A stretch of 40,815 nucleotides of DNA from Isosphaeraceae bacterium (lineage in GTDB: Bacteria > Planctomycetota > Planctomycetia > Isosphaerales > Isosphaeraceae): positions 1 through 40,815 of the forward strand of contig JBAUOX010000056.1 of assembly GCA_049579985.1 (NCBI GenBank). The letters are read 5' to 3'. How positions within the stretch are numbered: position 1 is the stretch's first letter; the number at the start of each line of letters is the position of its first letter. The position numbers and the translations under genes were made by a program. The notes below the pieces were generated by a model, which ran no database searches, was not told the origin of the DNA, and was given only the letters and a program-made list of their open reading frames with translations. Below, one piece after another: positions 1 through 9,038 of the stretch.

Positions 1-166
1 GCCGGATGACACGTGCCGGATGATACGTGCCGGATGCCACGTGCCGGATGACACGTGCCGGATGACAGTGCCGGATGACACGTGCCGGATGACAGTGCCG
101 GATGACACGTGCCGGATGACACGTGCCGGATGACACGTGCCGGATGACACGTGCCGGATGACACAT
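1..166. repeat. Tandem array of the 14-bp unit GCCGGATGACACGT (12 copies, two with a 1-bp deletion); probably continues beyond the window start
   Basis: Read directly from the sequence; no unique spacers between units. Confidence 0.95.
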
Positions 167-215
167 GCCGGGATGCCAGAGGTCGCGTGCCAGGTTCGTA
201 TCGAACCCTGCTGTC

Positions 216-271
216 CGCCACCCGCCATTTGCCATCCGCCATCTGCCATTTGTCATCTGGAGTCCGGAATC
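216..271. repeat. Heptamer tandem repeats (YGCCATY-type, 8 degenerate units)
   Basis: CGCCACC CGCCATT TGCCATC CGCCATC TGCCATT TGTCATC TGGAGTC CGGAATC; partly complementary to the 14-mer array upstream. Confidence 0.85.
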
Positions 272-347
272 CAAGCGTTCCTCCAGCGCGCTCTGATCAC
301 CACGAGACCACCAATCCGACCGGGCCTTCTTTGCAACGGTACCTGCC

Positions 348-1775
348 ATGCAAATGACTGAAGATCTGATCCGCAACGTGGTTCAAGAGGTCCTGTCCCA
401 GATGGGCAACGGGGCCATCGCCGGCAACGGCAAGGCGGCCGTTCATCCGGCAGGGAACCTCGGTGTATTCCCCACCGTCGATGCCGCCGTCGAGGCGGCC
501 GGAGCGGCCTTCGAGCAGTTCCGGCGCCGCGGTCTGTCCGACCGCAAAAAGGCCGTCGACTGCATCCGGCGAATCTGTGTTGACGGGGCCGACGAGCTGG
601 GCCGAGCTGAGCTGGAAGAGACCAGGATCGGCCGGCTCGATCACAAGATCGCCAAGCTCAAGGAGATGATCCCGCTGATTCCCGGCGTCGAGTACCTGCG
701 AACCGACAACGCCAGCGGGGACCACGGACTGACCCTCACCGACTACACGCCGTTCGGAGTCATCGGGGCAATCACCCCGGTCACACACAGCCTGCCGACC
801 CTGGCGGCCAACGCAATCAACATGCTGGCGGCCGGCAACACGGTCGTCTTCAACGCCCATCCTTCGGGCGGAAAGGTTGCCGCCCTGGGAGTTCGCCGGT
901 TCAACAAGGCGATCCGCGAGGCGACCGGACTGGACAACCTGGTGACAATCATCGACCCGCCCACGCTCAAGACGGCCGCGCAGCTTTTCGACAACCCCGC
1001 CTTCAAGCTGCTGGTCGTCACGGGGGGCCCCGCCGTCGCCCGCGCCGCGCTTGCCAGCAAGCGGCGGGCCATCGTGGCGGGACCGGGCAATCCCCCGGTC
1101 GTCGTCGATGGCACGGCCTGCCTGGACAACGCGGCCAAGTCGATCGTCGTGGGTGGCTCGTTCGACAACAACTTGATCTGCATCGGCGAAAAGCAGGTCT
1201 TCGCCGTGGCCGAGATCTTCGACTCGCTCACCGAGGCGATGACTCGCCACGGGGGCTTTCGGCTCACTGCCGGTCAGGTCGAAGCTCTCACCAAGGCCGC
1301 GTTCCAGAGCGGCAGCGACGGCAAGCCGCATGTCAACAAGGAATTCATCGGCAAGGACCCCTCCTTCCTTGCCGAGCAGGCGGGCGTCAAGCTGCCCGCG
1401 GGCATCGATCTTCTGTTCGGCGAGACCGGATCCGAGCATCCTTTCGTCCAGGAAGAGCAGATGATGCCGTTCGTTCCGTTCGTGCGGGTCTCGAACGTCG
1501 ATCGGGCCATCGCCCTGGCCAGGGAGAGCGAGCATGAATTCGGGCACACCGCGATCCTCCACTCCCGCGACACCACGGTCATGGCGAAGATGGGCAAGAT
1601 CATGGACTGCACGATCTTCGTGGTCAACGGACCGAGCATCGCGGGGCTGGGAGCCGGCGGCGAGGGCGTTCCGTCTTTCTCCATCGCCGGCCCAACCGGC
1701 GAAGGCGTCACCACCCCCCTGACCTTCTGCCGTCAGCGGCGGTCGACCATCGTCGATGGAATGAGGTTCATGTGA
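348..1775 (+). CDS. pvmJ: CoA-acylating aldehyde dehydrogenase (EutE/PduP type), microcompartment-associated
   Basis: Motifs PFGVIGAITPVTH, VTGGPAV, AGPGNPPVVVD, catalytic Cys in DNNLICIGEK, EQMMP and C-terminal GPTGEG; N-terminal amphipathic encapsulation peptide (EDLIRNVVQEVLSQM). The pvm name is assigned from recalled PV-BMC gene order. Confidence 0.93.
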   Translation: MQMTEDLIRNVVQEVLSQMGNGAIAGNGKAAVHPAGNLGVFPTVDAAVEAAGAAFEQFRRRGLSDRKKAVDCIRRICVDGADELGRAELEETRIGRLDHKIAKLKEMIPLIPGVEYLRTDNASGDHGLTLTDYTPFGVIGAITPVTHSLPTLAANAINMLAAGNTVVFNAHPSGGKVAALGVRRFNKAIREATGLDNLVTIIDPPTLKTAAQLFDNPAFKLLVVTGGPAVARAALASKRRAIVAGPGNPPVVVDGTACLDNAAKSIVVGGSFDNNLICIGEKQVFAVAEIFDSLTEAMTRHGGFRLTAGQVEALTKAAFQSGSDGKPHVNKEFIGKDPSFLAEQAGVKLPAGIDLLFGETGSEHPFVQEEQMMPFVPFVRVSNVDRAIALARESEHEFGHTAILHSRDTTVMAKMGKIMDCTIFVVNGPSIAGLGAGGEGVPSFSIAGPTGEGVTTPLTFCRQRRSTIVDGMRFM

Positions 1776-1793
1776 GGACTGCTCGATTCGCGA

Positions 1794-1905
1794 TGCCACC
1801 TGGCACTTGCCATCTGCCATTTGCCACCCCCCATTTGCCATCTGGCACTTGTCATCTGCCATCTGTCATCTGCCATTTGCCATTTGTCATCTGCCATCTG
1901 CCATT
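1794..1905. repeat. Heptamer tandem array (TGCCATY/TGTCATC, 16 units) in the intergenic gap
   Basis: Read directly; it produces the spurious SAICHLP peptides in the ORF track. Confidence 0.92.
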
Positions 1906-1926
1906 CTCCAGCGGGAGGACGGTGAG

Positions 1927-2181
1927 ATGCAGCTCGGCCGGGTGAAGGGCAAGGCGACCTCGACGCTCAAGCACCCTACCTTTCAGGGTGAGCGGTTGCT
2001 GGTCGTCCAGCTCGAGACGGAGGCGGGCCGGCCCGATGGAGAGCCGATACTGGTTTTCGATCGTCTTGGGGCTGGTGTTGGAGACCGGGTTATCTGCACC
2101 AATGACGGCCGGGCCCTTCAGGACTTGCTGGGGCCTACCACCCCGGGCCGCTGGAGCGTCCTGGGCCTGCCCGATCGATGA
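1927..2181 (+). CDS. EutN/CcmL family BMC-P microcompartment vertex protein
   Basis: MQLGRVKGKATSTLKHPTFQGERLLVVQ...DRLGAGVGDRV; start moved to ATG 1927 behind a GGGAGGA RBS. Confidence 0.92.
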   Translation: MQLGRVKGKATSTLKHPTFQGERLLVVQLETEAGRPDGEPILVFDRLGAGVGDRVICTNDGRALQDLLGPTTPGRWSVLGLPDR

Positions 2182-2220
2182 GCCAACGATACGACCAGCG
2201 CGAAGGTAGGTTCTTCTCTC

Positions 2221-2973
2221 ATGGGTCAAGCGTCGCTGAGTGCCAATGCTCTCGAATCGGCAACGGGACTGCCCCGGTTCCGCATTCCGGAGCGAGCATG
2301 CGACCTCGCTGATCCGATCAAGGAGGTCGACGAGGCCGTGCGGGCGGTCCTGGCTGAGCTGAAAGGCCCGTCCCGCTCTCGAAAGGAGTCCGACTGCCAG
2401 GTTGTCGTGGACAGACTGTTCTCCCTCCGGCATGCCGAGGCGCTTCCGCCTGGCGCCCGGATCGTTCAGCTCGGCCCCTCGACCGTCGTCACGCCCCTCG
2501 CCAGCGAGCTCCTCAAGCGAAAGGGGATCACGATCCGACTGGGCGGCCTGGGCGAATCAATGGGCTCTGTCCGTGGCGAATGGGGGTTTTCGATCGCGGC
2601 CGATTCGGAGGTGCTGGGGACGATCAAGGCGTTGCGGCGGGCCCTTCTCGAGGACCCGCGCGCCTGGATCGAGTTCGAGCCCTCGCTGGAGTTCCTGGCG
2701 AGCTGGCTCGTGGACGGGAAAGGTCGAGGGGCCATGTTCATCACGTCCGAGACGGCACTTGCGGTCTGGAAGTCGTGCCAGATTACCGGCGTCCGGGCGG
2801 CGTCGGCCGCGGAACCCGGCGAGGTCTACCGCGCCGTCCAGTCGCTGGGAATGAACCTGCTCGTGGTCGAGCCGGCCGGGAAATCGATCTCGTGGATCAA
2901 GCAACTGGCTAGCGCTTTCCGCGTCTCCGGAGCGCCCCGGGCGCCCGAGGCCCTACGTGTGGAGGACCGGTGA
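2221..2973 (+). CDS. PV-BMC hypothetical protein with degenerate RpiB/LacAB-like C-terminal domain and an encapsulation-peptide-like helix; start uncertain
   Basis: IKEVDEAVRAVLAELKG helix; VVTPLASELLKRKGITI segment; GVRAA...AV..LGMNLLVVE resembles the RpiB fold; sits between two BMC-P genes. Confidence 0.7.
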   Translation: MGQASLSANALESATGLPRFRIPERACDLADPIKEVDEAVRAVLAELKGPSRSRKESDCQVVVDRLFSLRHAEALPPGARIVQLGPSTVVTPLASELLKRKGITIRLGGLGESMGSVRGEWGFSIAADSEVLGTIKALRRALLEDPRAWIEFEPSLEFLASWLVDGKGRGAMFITSETALAVWKSCQITGVRAASAAEPGEVYRAVQSLGMNLLVVEPAGKSISWIKQLASAFRVSGAPRAPEALRVEDR

Positions 2974-3251
2974 TGAGGATTGCCGAGGTCATCGGCCGCG
3001 TGACCCTCTCCCGCCTTCACCCCAGCCTCCGCGGTGGCAGGTTCCTGGTCGCTGTCCCTTTGCCTCTCGAGGCAATGACCGAAGGATCGCGTGCACGCGG
3101 CGAGGAGCTTGTCGTTTACGACAACCTGGGGGCCGGACTCGGGGCCCTGATCGGCGTCAGCGAGGGCCGCGAGGCCGCCAACCCTTTTGGCAAGACAAAG
3201 ACACCGGTGGACGCCTTCTGCGCCTGCCTGATCGACCAACTTTCCTTTTAG
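2973..3251 (+). CDS. EutN/CcmL family BMC-P microcompartment vertex protein
   Basis: MRIAEVIGRVTLSRLHPSL...VVYDNLGAGLG...SEGREAANPF...PVDAFCACLID; TGATG overlap with the upstream stop. Confidence 0.92.
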   Translation: MRIAEVIGRVTLSRLHPSLRGGRFLVAVPLPLEAMTEGSRARGEELVVYDNLGAGLGALIGVSEGREAANPFGKTKTPVDAFCACLIDQLSF

Positions 3252-3344
3252 CTTGGCGAGCCATGAACGACGTGTCTCGGGCGGACCGAGAACGATCCGA
3301 ACGATCAGATCTCCTGGAAACTCTCAACGACGGTGAGGATCCCT

Positions 3345-4310
3345 ATGATCGGCAACGGCACGACGATGAACGAATGGAAAATGCGGGAGCTGATGTGCGA
3401 GATCGGCCGCCGGATCTACAATAAGGGGTTCGCCGCGGCCAATGACGGCAACATCAGTTGCAAGCTCTCCGACGACCGCGTGCTCTGCACGCCCACGCGC
3501 GTGTCCAAAGGCTTCCTGAAGCCCGACGACCTGTGCATCGTGGACCTCGAGGGCAAGCAGATCTCGGGAAAACGCAAGCGCTCCAGCGAGGTCCTGCTGC
3601 ACCTGACCATCATGAAAGCACGCGCTGAGATCCGCTCGGTCGTGCACTGTCATCCCCCCCACGCGACCGCTTTTGCCGTGGCCCGGGAACCGATCCCGAA
3701 GTGCGTCCTGCCCGAAATCGAAATCTTCTTGGGCGAGGTGGCGATCTCACCCTATGAAACCCCGGGCGGCCAGAAGTTTGCCGACACCGTGCTGCCGTAC
3801 GTCAAGGACACCGAGACGATCCTGCTGGCAAACCACGGCACGGTCACCTACGGCACGGACCTGGAAGACGCCTACTTCAAGACCGAGATCATCGACGCCT
3901 ACTGCCGGATCTTGCTGCTGGCCAAGCAACTGGGCAAGGTCAACTACTACAACGACGACAAGGCCGCCGAGCTGATCAAGCTCAAGCCGAACCTCGGCAT
4001 TTCCGACCCGCGGCTGACCCGCGGCCTCGAGAACTGCGACCTGTGCGGCAATAGCCTGTTTCGCCAGGGCTACGGCGACTTCAGCCCCGAGCCCAAGGTC
4101 TTCATCCATCCCAAGCTTCTGGAGAACGGCCAGCCCTCAGGCGCGGGGGTCGCCTGCCCGGTTCCATCCCAGCAACCCTCCCCGGCTGCCACGGCCGCGA
4201 GCGCGAGCGCGCCCTCGTCGAACGGCCACGCCCACGGACCGGACATCGATTCCCTGGTCCAGACCATCACCGACCAGGTCATGCACGCCCTGAACGGCGC
4301 GGCCAGGTGA
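3345..4310 (+). CDS. pvmN: Class II aldolase/adducin family (fuculose/rhamnulose-1-phosphate aldolase type) with C-terminal encapsulation peptide
   Basis: AANDGNIS, TPT, SSE..LH, metal-binding HCHP and NHG motifs; Ala/Pro linker then DIDSLVQTITDQVMHAL; GAGGA RBS before ATG 3345. Confidence 0.92.
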   Translation: MIGNGTTMNEWKMRELMCEIGRRIYNKGFAAANDGNISCKLSDDRVLCTPTRVSKGFLKPDDLCIVDLEGKQISGKRKRSSEVLLHLTIMKARAEIRSVVHCHPPHATAFAVAREPIPKCVLPEIEIFLGEVAISPYETPGGQKFADTVLPYVKDTETILLANHGTVTYGTDLEDAYFKTEIIDAYCRILLLAKQLGKVNYYNDDKAAELIKLKPNLGISDPRLTRGLENCDLCGNSLFRQGYGDFSPEPKVFIHPKLLENGQPSGAGVACPVPSQQPSPAATAASASAPSSNGHAHGPDIDSLVQTITDQVMHALNGAAR

Positions 4311-4363
4311 AGCGACCCGACAACTGAAACGTGCAGGTGAAGTGACGCCCAGGGAGATCGAAC

Positions 4364-5479
4364 ATGAGAGTGAGCATCATCGGTGGCGGCGGGCTGGTCG
4401 GATCGTGCGCGGCATTCGCCCTCCAGTGCGGCGGAATCGTCAGCGGGATCGACCTGATCGACGTCAACCCCGACCTGTGCAAGGGCCAGGCGCTCGACCT
4501 GCTGCACGGTGCGTCGCTCGTGGCCGACCAGCGCATCCGCGCCACCGGCTACGAGGCCATCCCCGAGAGCGACCTGATCATGATCACCGCCGGCCTGAGG
4601 CGTAAGCCCGACGAGAGCCGGCTTGATCTGATCAATCGCAACGTCGAGCTGTTCCTGAACATCCTCGGCCAGGTCAAGGGCGCAGGGCCCAAGAGCGAGG
4701 CGATCGTCCTGGTCGTGTCCAACCCGGTGGACGTCTTGACTTACCTCGCCACGACCGAGCTCAGCCTGCCGCCGCACCAGGTCATCGGCCTGGGAACCGC
4801 GCTCGACACGGCCCGGTTTCGCAGCCTGATTGCCGAGGCACTAAGGCTCCCACCCACCCAGGTCACCGCCCTGATCCTGGGCGAGCACGGCGATGGCATG
4901 GTTCCGATCTGGTCGGCCGCGCAGGCCGCCGGCCTACCCCTGGAGAAGTATCCCGGCTGGACCAGCGCCGGGGCCGAGGCCCTCTTCACTCGCACCAAGG
5001 GCAGCGGCGCCGAGGTGATCAAGCTCAAAGGCGGCGCGGGGTTCGCCGTGGGTCTGTCGATCCGCGAGGTGGTTCACTCCGTGGCCCTTGACACGAAACG
5101 AATTCTCCCCGTGTCGGCCCTGGTGCAGGGCCAGTACGGGATCCGCGACGTCTGTATTTCGGTGCCGACCGTCGTGGGCCGGAAAGGGGTCGAGGCCCAA
5201 CTGGAAATCGCCATCTGGCCCAAGGAAGTCTCGGCCTTGCAGCACTCGGCCCAGGTCCTCCGCGAAACGATCGACCAGGTTCAAAAAAGCAACAGCAAGG
5301 CGGCCGGCAAGCCGGCCGCGGCGTCAGGCCCGATCTCGGCTGGGAAAACCGTCGCCAGCCCCCGTCCCGTCCGCGTGACCATGGGAGCGGGAGCGAACGG
5401 TAACCCGGGTCCATCGGGGTCGCGCGTCACCATCTCGGGTCTGGGCCAGAGCCGGGGCCAGGCACGCGGAGGTCGCTGA
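4364..5479 (+). CDS. pvmO: Lactate/malate dehydrogenase family protein with low-complexity C-terminal tail
   Basis: IIGGGGLVG Rossmann motif, TAGLRRKPDESRLDL, VSNPVD, LDTARFR, LGEHGD. Confidence 0.92.
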   Translation: MRVSIIGGGGLVGSCAAFALQCGGIVSGIDLIDVNPDLCKGQALDLLHGASLVADQRIRATGYEAIPESDLIMITAGLRRKPDESRLDLINRNVELFLNILGQVKGAGPKSEAIVLVVSNPVDVLTYLATTELSLPPHQVIGLGTALDTARFRSLIAEALRLPPTQVTALILGEHGDGMVPIWSAAQAAGLPLEKYPGWTSAGAEALFTRTKGSGAEVIKLKGGAGFAVGLSIREVVHSVALDTKRILPVSALVQGQYGIRDVCISVPTVVGRKGVEAQLEIAIWPKEVSALQHSAQVLRETIDQVQKSNSKAAGKPAAASGPISAGKTVASPRPVRVTMGAGANGNPGPSGSRVTISGLGQSRGQARGGR

Positions 5480-5480
5480 G

Positions 5481-6821
5481 ATGATCAAGTCGCTCGACCG
5501 CAAGCTCGCCGCGATCCATGCCGATGCGAACTGCCGTGAATTCATCCTGGCCGACGCCAAGGACGCCGACATGGCGCTGGGGTTGGGCGCGCCGGGCAAG
5601 TCTCCCGAGATGCATGCCGGCGAGGTCCGGTTCAAGACGCTCGAGGAGTACCGCGAGCAGATGCGGCTGATCACTCGTCAGGGACTCGTCGACATCATGC
5701 TCATGTCGGCCAGCTCGAACCATGCGCTGACGTTTCGCGAGCGGCTCTTCGATGGTTCGGCGGTCACTCCCGCGGTTCGCGCCAACGATACCACCGACAT
5801 CCACCTGGCACGAGGAGCCGGCTACGCCGCGCAACCCGCACGGCCGTTCCGCACGGCCAGCATCGACCACATCCAGTGCGGCCACCTCGACTGCGCTGCC
5901 GAGGAGCGCGCGCTGGGGGCCGACCTGGGTCTCTACAGCGTCACGTTCAACAACAATCTCGAACGCGACATGGAGACGCTCGAGCACTTTCGGCGGTTTC
6001 GGGAAGAGGCCGAGCGCAAGGGCTTTCGCTATTTCCTGGAGGTTTTCGATCCCAACATCCCATCCGCCGTCGCCGGCGACGTCTTGCCCCACTACATCAA
6101 CGACATGATCACCCGGATGCTTGCCGGCGTGTCGCCTTCCGGCCGTCCGCTCTTCCTGAAGATCGGGTACCACGGCCCGAAGGCCATGGAAGAGCTGGTC
6201 CGGTTCGACCCTCACCTGATCGTCGGGATCCTGGGAGGATCCTCCGGTACCACTCGCGATGCCTTTCAACTTCTGTCCGACGCCCAGAAATACGGGGCCC
6301 GGGCGGCCCTCTTCGGCCGCAAGATCAATCATGCGGAAAACCAGCTTGCCTTCGTGCAATTCCTGCGCCTGATCGTCGAGGGCCAGATCGGCCCGGTGGA
6401 CGCGGTCAAGGCCTATCATGCGGTCCTGGGCAAGCTCGGCATCACGCCTCACCGGTCGCTCGACATGGATCTGAAGATCACCGAGCAATCGATGAGCTGC
6501 GGCAGCACGCCAGCGGTCGTCGCGCCCGTGCCAGCCAGACCAGTCGTTGCGCCACCCGCCGCACCATCGATGGACGGCGGATTGATCGCGGCCCACGCGG
6601 CCGCGTCGTCAGGAAACGGAGCGCACACGTGCGCCTGTCAGGGCGCGACGACACCGATCTCAACATCCTGCGCCTGCAAGACCCCGAAGGTTACCGAGTC
6701 TCTGGCAACGACCAGAACCCAGGGCCTTCCAGCATCCTGGAACGGCCGGCCCGACTTCACCACGATGAGCCCCGCCGATCGCCTGGACTACCATCGCCGC
6801 CGGCTCGGACTGGGGCGCTGA
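5481..6821 (+). CDS. Uncharacterised protein, probable class I aldolase-like TIM barrel
   Basis: Starts 1 nt after the LDH stop; typical codon usage; FLKIGY, ILGGSSG and ALFGRKIN resemble the Schiff-base Lys strand and the GR phosphate-binding motif of DhnA/LacD-type aldolases (fold is inferred). Confidence 0.6.
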   Translation: MIKSLDRKLAAIHADANCREFILADAKDADMALGLGAPGKSPEMHAGEVRFKTLEEYREQMRLITRQGLVDIMLMSASSNHALTFRERLFDGSAVTPAVRANDTTDIHLARGAGYAAQPARPFRTASIDHIQCGHLDCAAEERALGADLGLYSVTFNNNLERDMETLEHFRRFREEAERKGFRYFLEVFDPNIPSAVAGDVLPHYINDMITRMLAGVSPSGRPLFLKIGYHGPKAMEELVRFDPHLIVGILGGSSGTTRDAFQLLSDAQKYGARAALFGRKINHAENQLAFVQFLRLIVEGQIGPVDAVKAYHAVLGKLGITPHRSLDMDLKITEQSMSCGSTPAVVAPVPARPVVAPPAAPSMDGGLIAAHAAASSGNGAHTCACQGATTPISTSCACKTPKVTESLATTRTQGLPASWNGRPDFTTMSPADRLDYHRRRLGLGR

Positions 6822-6938
6822 TTCGAAGGCTCCGTTGCCGTAGTCTGGATTGCTCGATCGTGGACCGCGCTCGGTTCCTCACCGATGCGGGTCTCGCTCG
6901 AGATGATCCAGACGCCGCTTTTCCGGAGAACCGGGACC

Positions 6939-8849
6939 ATGTTTTTTCTGCCGGGCCAGCGTTCCGTTCCGGCACGGCCGGCGCTCCTGTTGTTGATCTT
7001 GTCGCTGGCACCGGCCTGCTGGCCGGCCTCGCTCGTCGCCCAGGGCGTCGAATACGTGAAGGCCAATTACACCAAGTATGAGTTCCGGATTCCGATGCGC
7101 GACGGCGCCCGGCTATTCACGTCGGTTTATGTTCCCAAGGACCGTTCGCAGACCTACCCGATTCTGCTTTCACGAACTCCCTATGGCGTACAGCCGTACG
7201 GCGTGGACGCTTACAGGGCGGACATCGGCCCTTCGCCGCTTTTCGGTAGCGAAGGCTATATCGTGGCCTATCAAGATGTCCGGGGACGGTGGATGTCCGA
7301 GGGGGAGTTCGTCAACATGCGGCCGCACAAGGACGCCAAGAGCGGCCCGACGGACATCGACGAGAGCACGGACACCTTCGACACCATCGACTGGCTGATC
7401 AAGAACATTTCCAACCACAATGGCAAGGTGGGCATGTGGGGAATCTCTTACCCCGGCTTCTACACCGCGGCGGGAATGATCGACGCCCACCCGGCACTCA
7501 AGGCAGCCTCGCCCCAGGCTCCCATCGCCGACTGGTTTGCCGGCGACGACTGGCACCACAATGGCGCCTTGTTCTTGCCCCATGCCTTCGACTTCCTCGC
7601 ATTCTTCGGGCATCCGCGTCCCGAGCCGACCAAGAGAGAGCCGCCCGAGCGGTTCCGCTACGGCACACCCGACGGTTACGCCTTCTACCTCCAGTTGGGA
7701 CCGCTGTCGAACGTCAACAAGAAGTACTTCAAGGACGATGTTCCGTTCTGGAACGAGATGATGCAGCACGCGAACTATGATGATTTCTGGACCGCGCGAA
7801 ATCTTCGACCGCACCTCAAGAACATTCGACCGGCCGTGCTGACGGTAGGCGGCTGGTTCGACGCCGAAAATATGTACGGGGCGCTCGAGACCTACAAGAA
7901 CGTGGAGGCTTCCAGCCCCGGCACCACCAACGTCCTGGTGATGGGCCCCTGGCTTCATGGCGGGTGGGCGAATGGAGACGGTTCCTCGCTTGGCCCGGTC
8001 CCGTTTTCCACGAACACCGCCGCGCACTATCGTGAAAACATGGAGTTCCCGTTCTTCCAGTACTTTCTCAAGGGCAAGGGCACGCCGAGCTTCCCGGAAG
8101 CCCGCGTCTTCGAGACCGGAACCAACCAGTGGCGCGAGTATGACACCTGGCCTCCCCGCAAGACCCGCTCGCGATCTCTCTACCTGAACGACTCGGGTCG
8201 CATCAGCTTCGAGCCGCCTGAAGGTTCCGCCCCTTCGGCGTTCGACGAATACCCGAGCGATCCCTCACGGCCCGTGGAGTTCGTCGATCAGATCACCCAG
8301 CGAATGAATGGCGACTACATGATCCAGGATCAGCGGTTCGCCTCGCGCCGGCCCGACGTGCTGGTCTACCAGACCGCCGCGCTGGAAGGGGACCTGACGC
8401 TGGTGGGACCGATTCAGGTTCGTCTTTTCGTCTCGACGTCCGGAACCGATTCCGACTGGATCGTCAAGCTGATTGACGTTTACCCCGCCGACTTCCCGGG
8501 AACCGGCGTCGGGGGCGCAACGGTTCCACTGGGTGGCTACCAGCAGCTTGTCCGCGGCGATGTGATGCGTGGCAGGTTTCGCAACAGTCTATCCGCGCCC
8601 GAGCCGTTCGTGCCCGACCAGCCAACTCCGGTCAGCTTCCGTCTTCAGGACATCGCGCACACATTCCGGACCGGCCACACGATCATGATCCAGGTCCAGA
8701 GCACCTGGTTCCCCCTGGTCGATCGCAATCCTCAGACGTTCGTGGAGATCGGAACCGCCAAGGAAGCCGACTTCCGGAAAGCGACCCAGCGGATCTATCG
8801 CACCAGGGAGATGCCCTCGCACTTGGAAGTCATCGAACTACCGCGCTGA
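6939..8849 (+). CDS. Secreted CocE/NonD family hydrolase (alpha-amino acid ester hydrolase / glutaryl-7-ACA acylase type)
   Basis: Signal-peptide-like N-terminus; IPMRDG, RTPY, QDVRGR, nucleophile motif GISYPG, GGWFDAE, GPWLHG, QSTWFPLVDRNPQ. Confidence 0.9.
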   Translation: MFFLPGQRSVPARPALLLLILSLAPACWPASLVAQGVEYVKANYTKYEFRIPMRDGARLFTSVYVPKDRSQTYPILLSRTPYGVQPYGVDAYRADIGPSPLFGSEGYIVAYQDVRGRWMSEGEFVNMRPHKDAKSGPTDIDESTDTFDTIDWLIKNISNHNGKVGMWGISYPGFYTAAGMIDAHPALKAASPQAPIADWFAGDDWHHNGALFLPHAFDFLAFFGHPRPEPTKREPPERFRYGTPDGYAFYLQLGPLSNVNKKYFKDDVPFWNEMMQHANYDDFWTARNLRPHLKNIRPAVLTVGGWFDAENMYGALETYKNVEASSPGTTNVLVMGPWLHGGWANGDGSSLGPVPFSTNTAAHYRENMEFPFFQYFLKGKGTPSFPEARVFETGTNQWREYDTWPPRKTRSRSLYLNDSGRISFEPPEGSAPSAFDEYPSDPSRPVEFVDQITQRMNGDYMIQDQRFASRRPDVLVYQTAALEGDLTLVGPIQVRLFVSTSGTDSDWIVKLIDVYPADFPGTGVGGATVPLGGYQQLVRGDVMRGRFRNSLSAPEPFVPDQPTPVSFRLQDIAHTFRTGHTIMIQVQSTWFPLVDRNPQTFVEIGTAKEADFRKATQRIYRTREMPSHLEVIELPR

Positions 8850-8891
8850 CCCTCCGCGTCGTTTGCGTTGGCCTCGGTCTCTCCATTCCCC

Positions 8892-8920
8892 TTGACTGAC
8901 CTCGTCATGGGATTCATAGT
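8892..8920 (+). promoter_or_regulatory. Putative sigma70 promoter of tRNA-Leu (TTGACT-N17-CATAGT)
   Basis: Near-consensus -35 and partial -10 ending 11 nt before the tRNA. Confidence 0.55.
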
Positions 8921-8931
8921 AAATACATCAA

Positions 8932-9017
8932 GCCGAAGTGGCGGAATTGGCAGACGCGCTAGGTTCAGGTCCTAGTGGGCTTAACGGCCCGTGCAGGTTC
9001 AACTCCTGTCTTCGGCA
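8932..9017 (+). tRNA. tRNA-Leu (anticodon CAG), CCA not encoded
   Basis: Acceptor stem GCCGAAG/CTTCGGC plus discriminator A; D-loop GGAATTGGCAGAC; anticodon arm CTAGG-TTCAGGT-CCTAG; long variable arm; T-arm GCAGG-TTCAACT-CCTGT. Confidence 0.97.
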
Positions 9018-9038
9018 CTAACGCTTTGAGGATCCAAC

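Noticed and set aside
1..166. Possible CRISPR array
   Set aside because: The units are directly adjacent 14-mers with no unique spacers, and there are no cas genes.
297..1862. 521-aa minus-strand ORF and other long antisense ORFs (e.g. 5427-6596, 12423-13490, 23598-24929, 30741-31805)
   Set aside because: Shadow frames of well-supported GC-rich genes; no motifs and no RBS.
1807..1926. SAICHLP-repeat N-terminal extension of EutN, and the repeat ORFs at 137-361
   Set aside because: These are translations of heptamer DNA repeats; the real start has an RBS at 1927.
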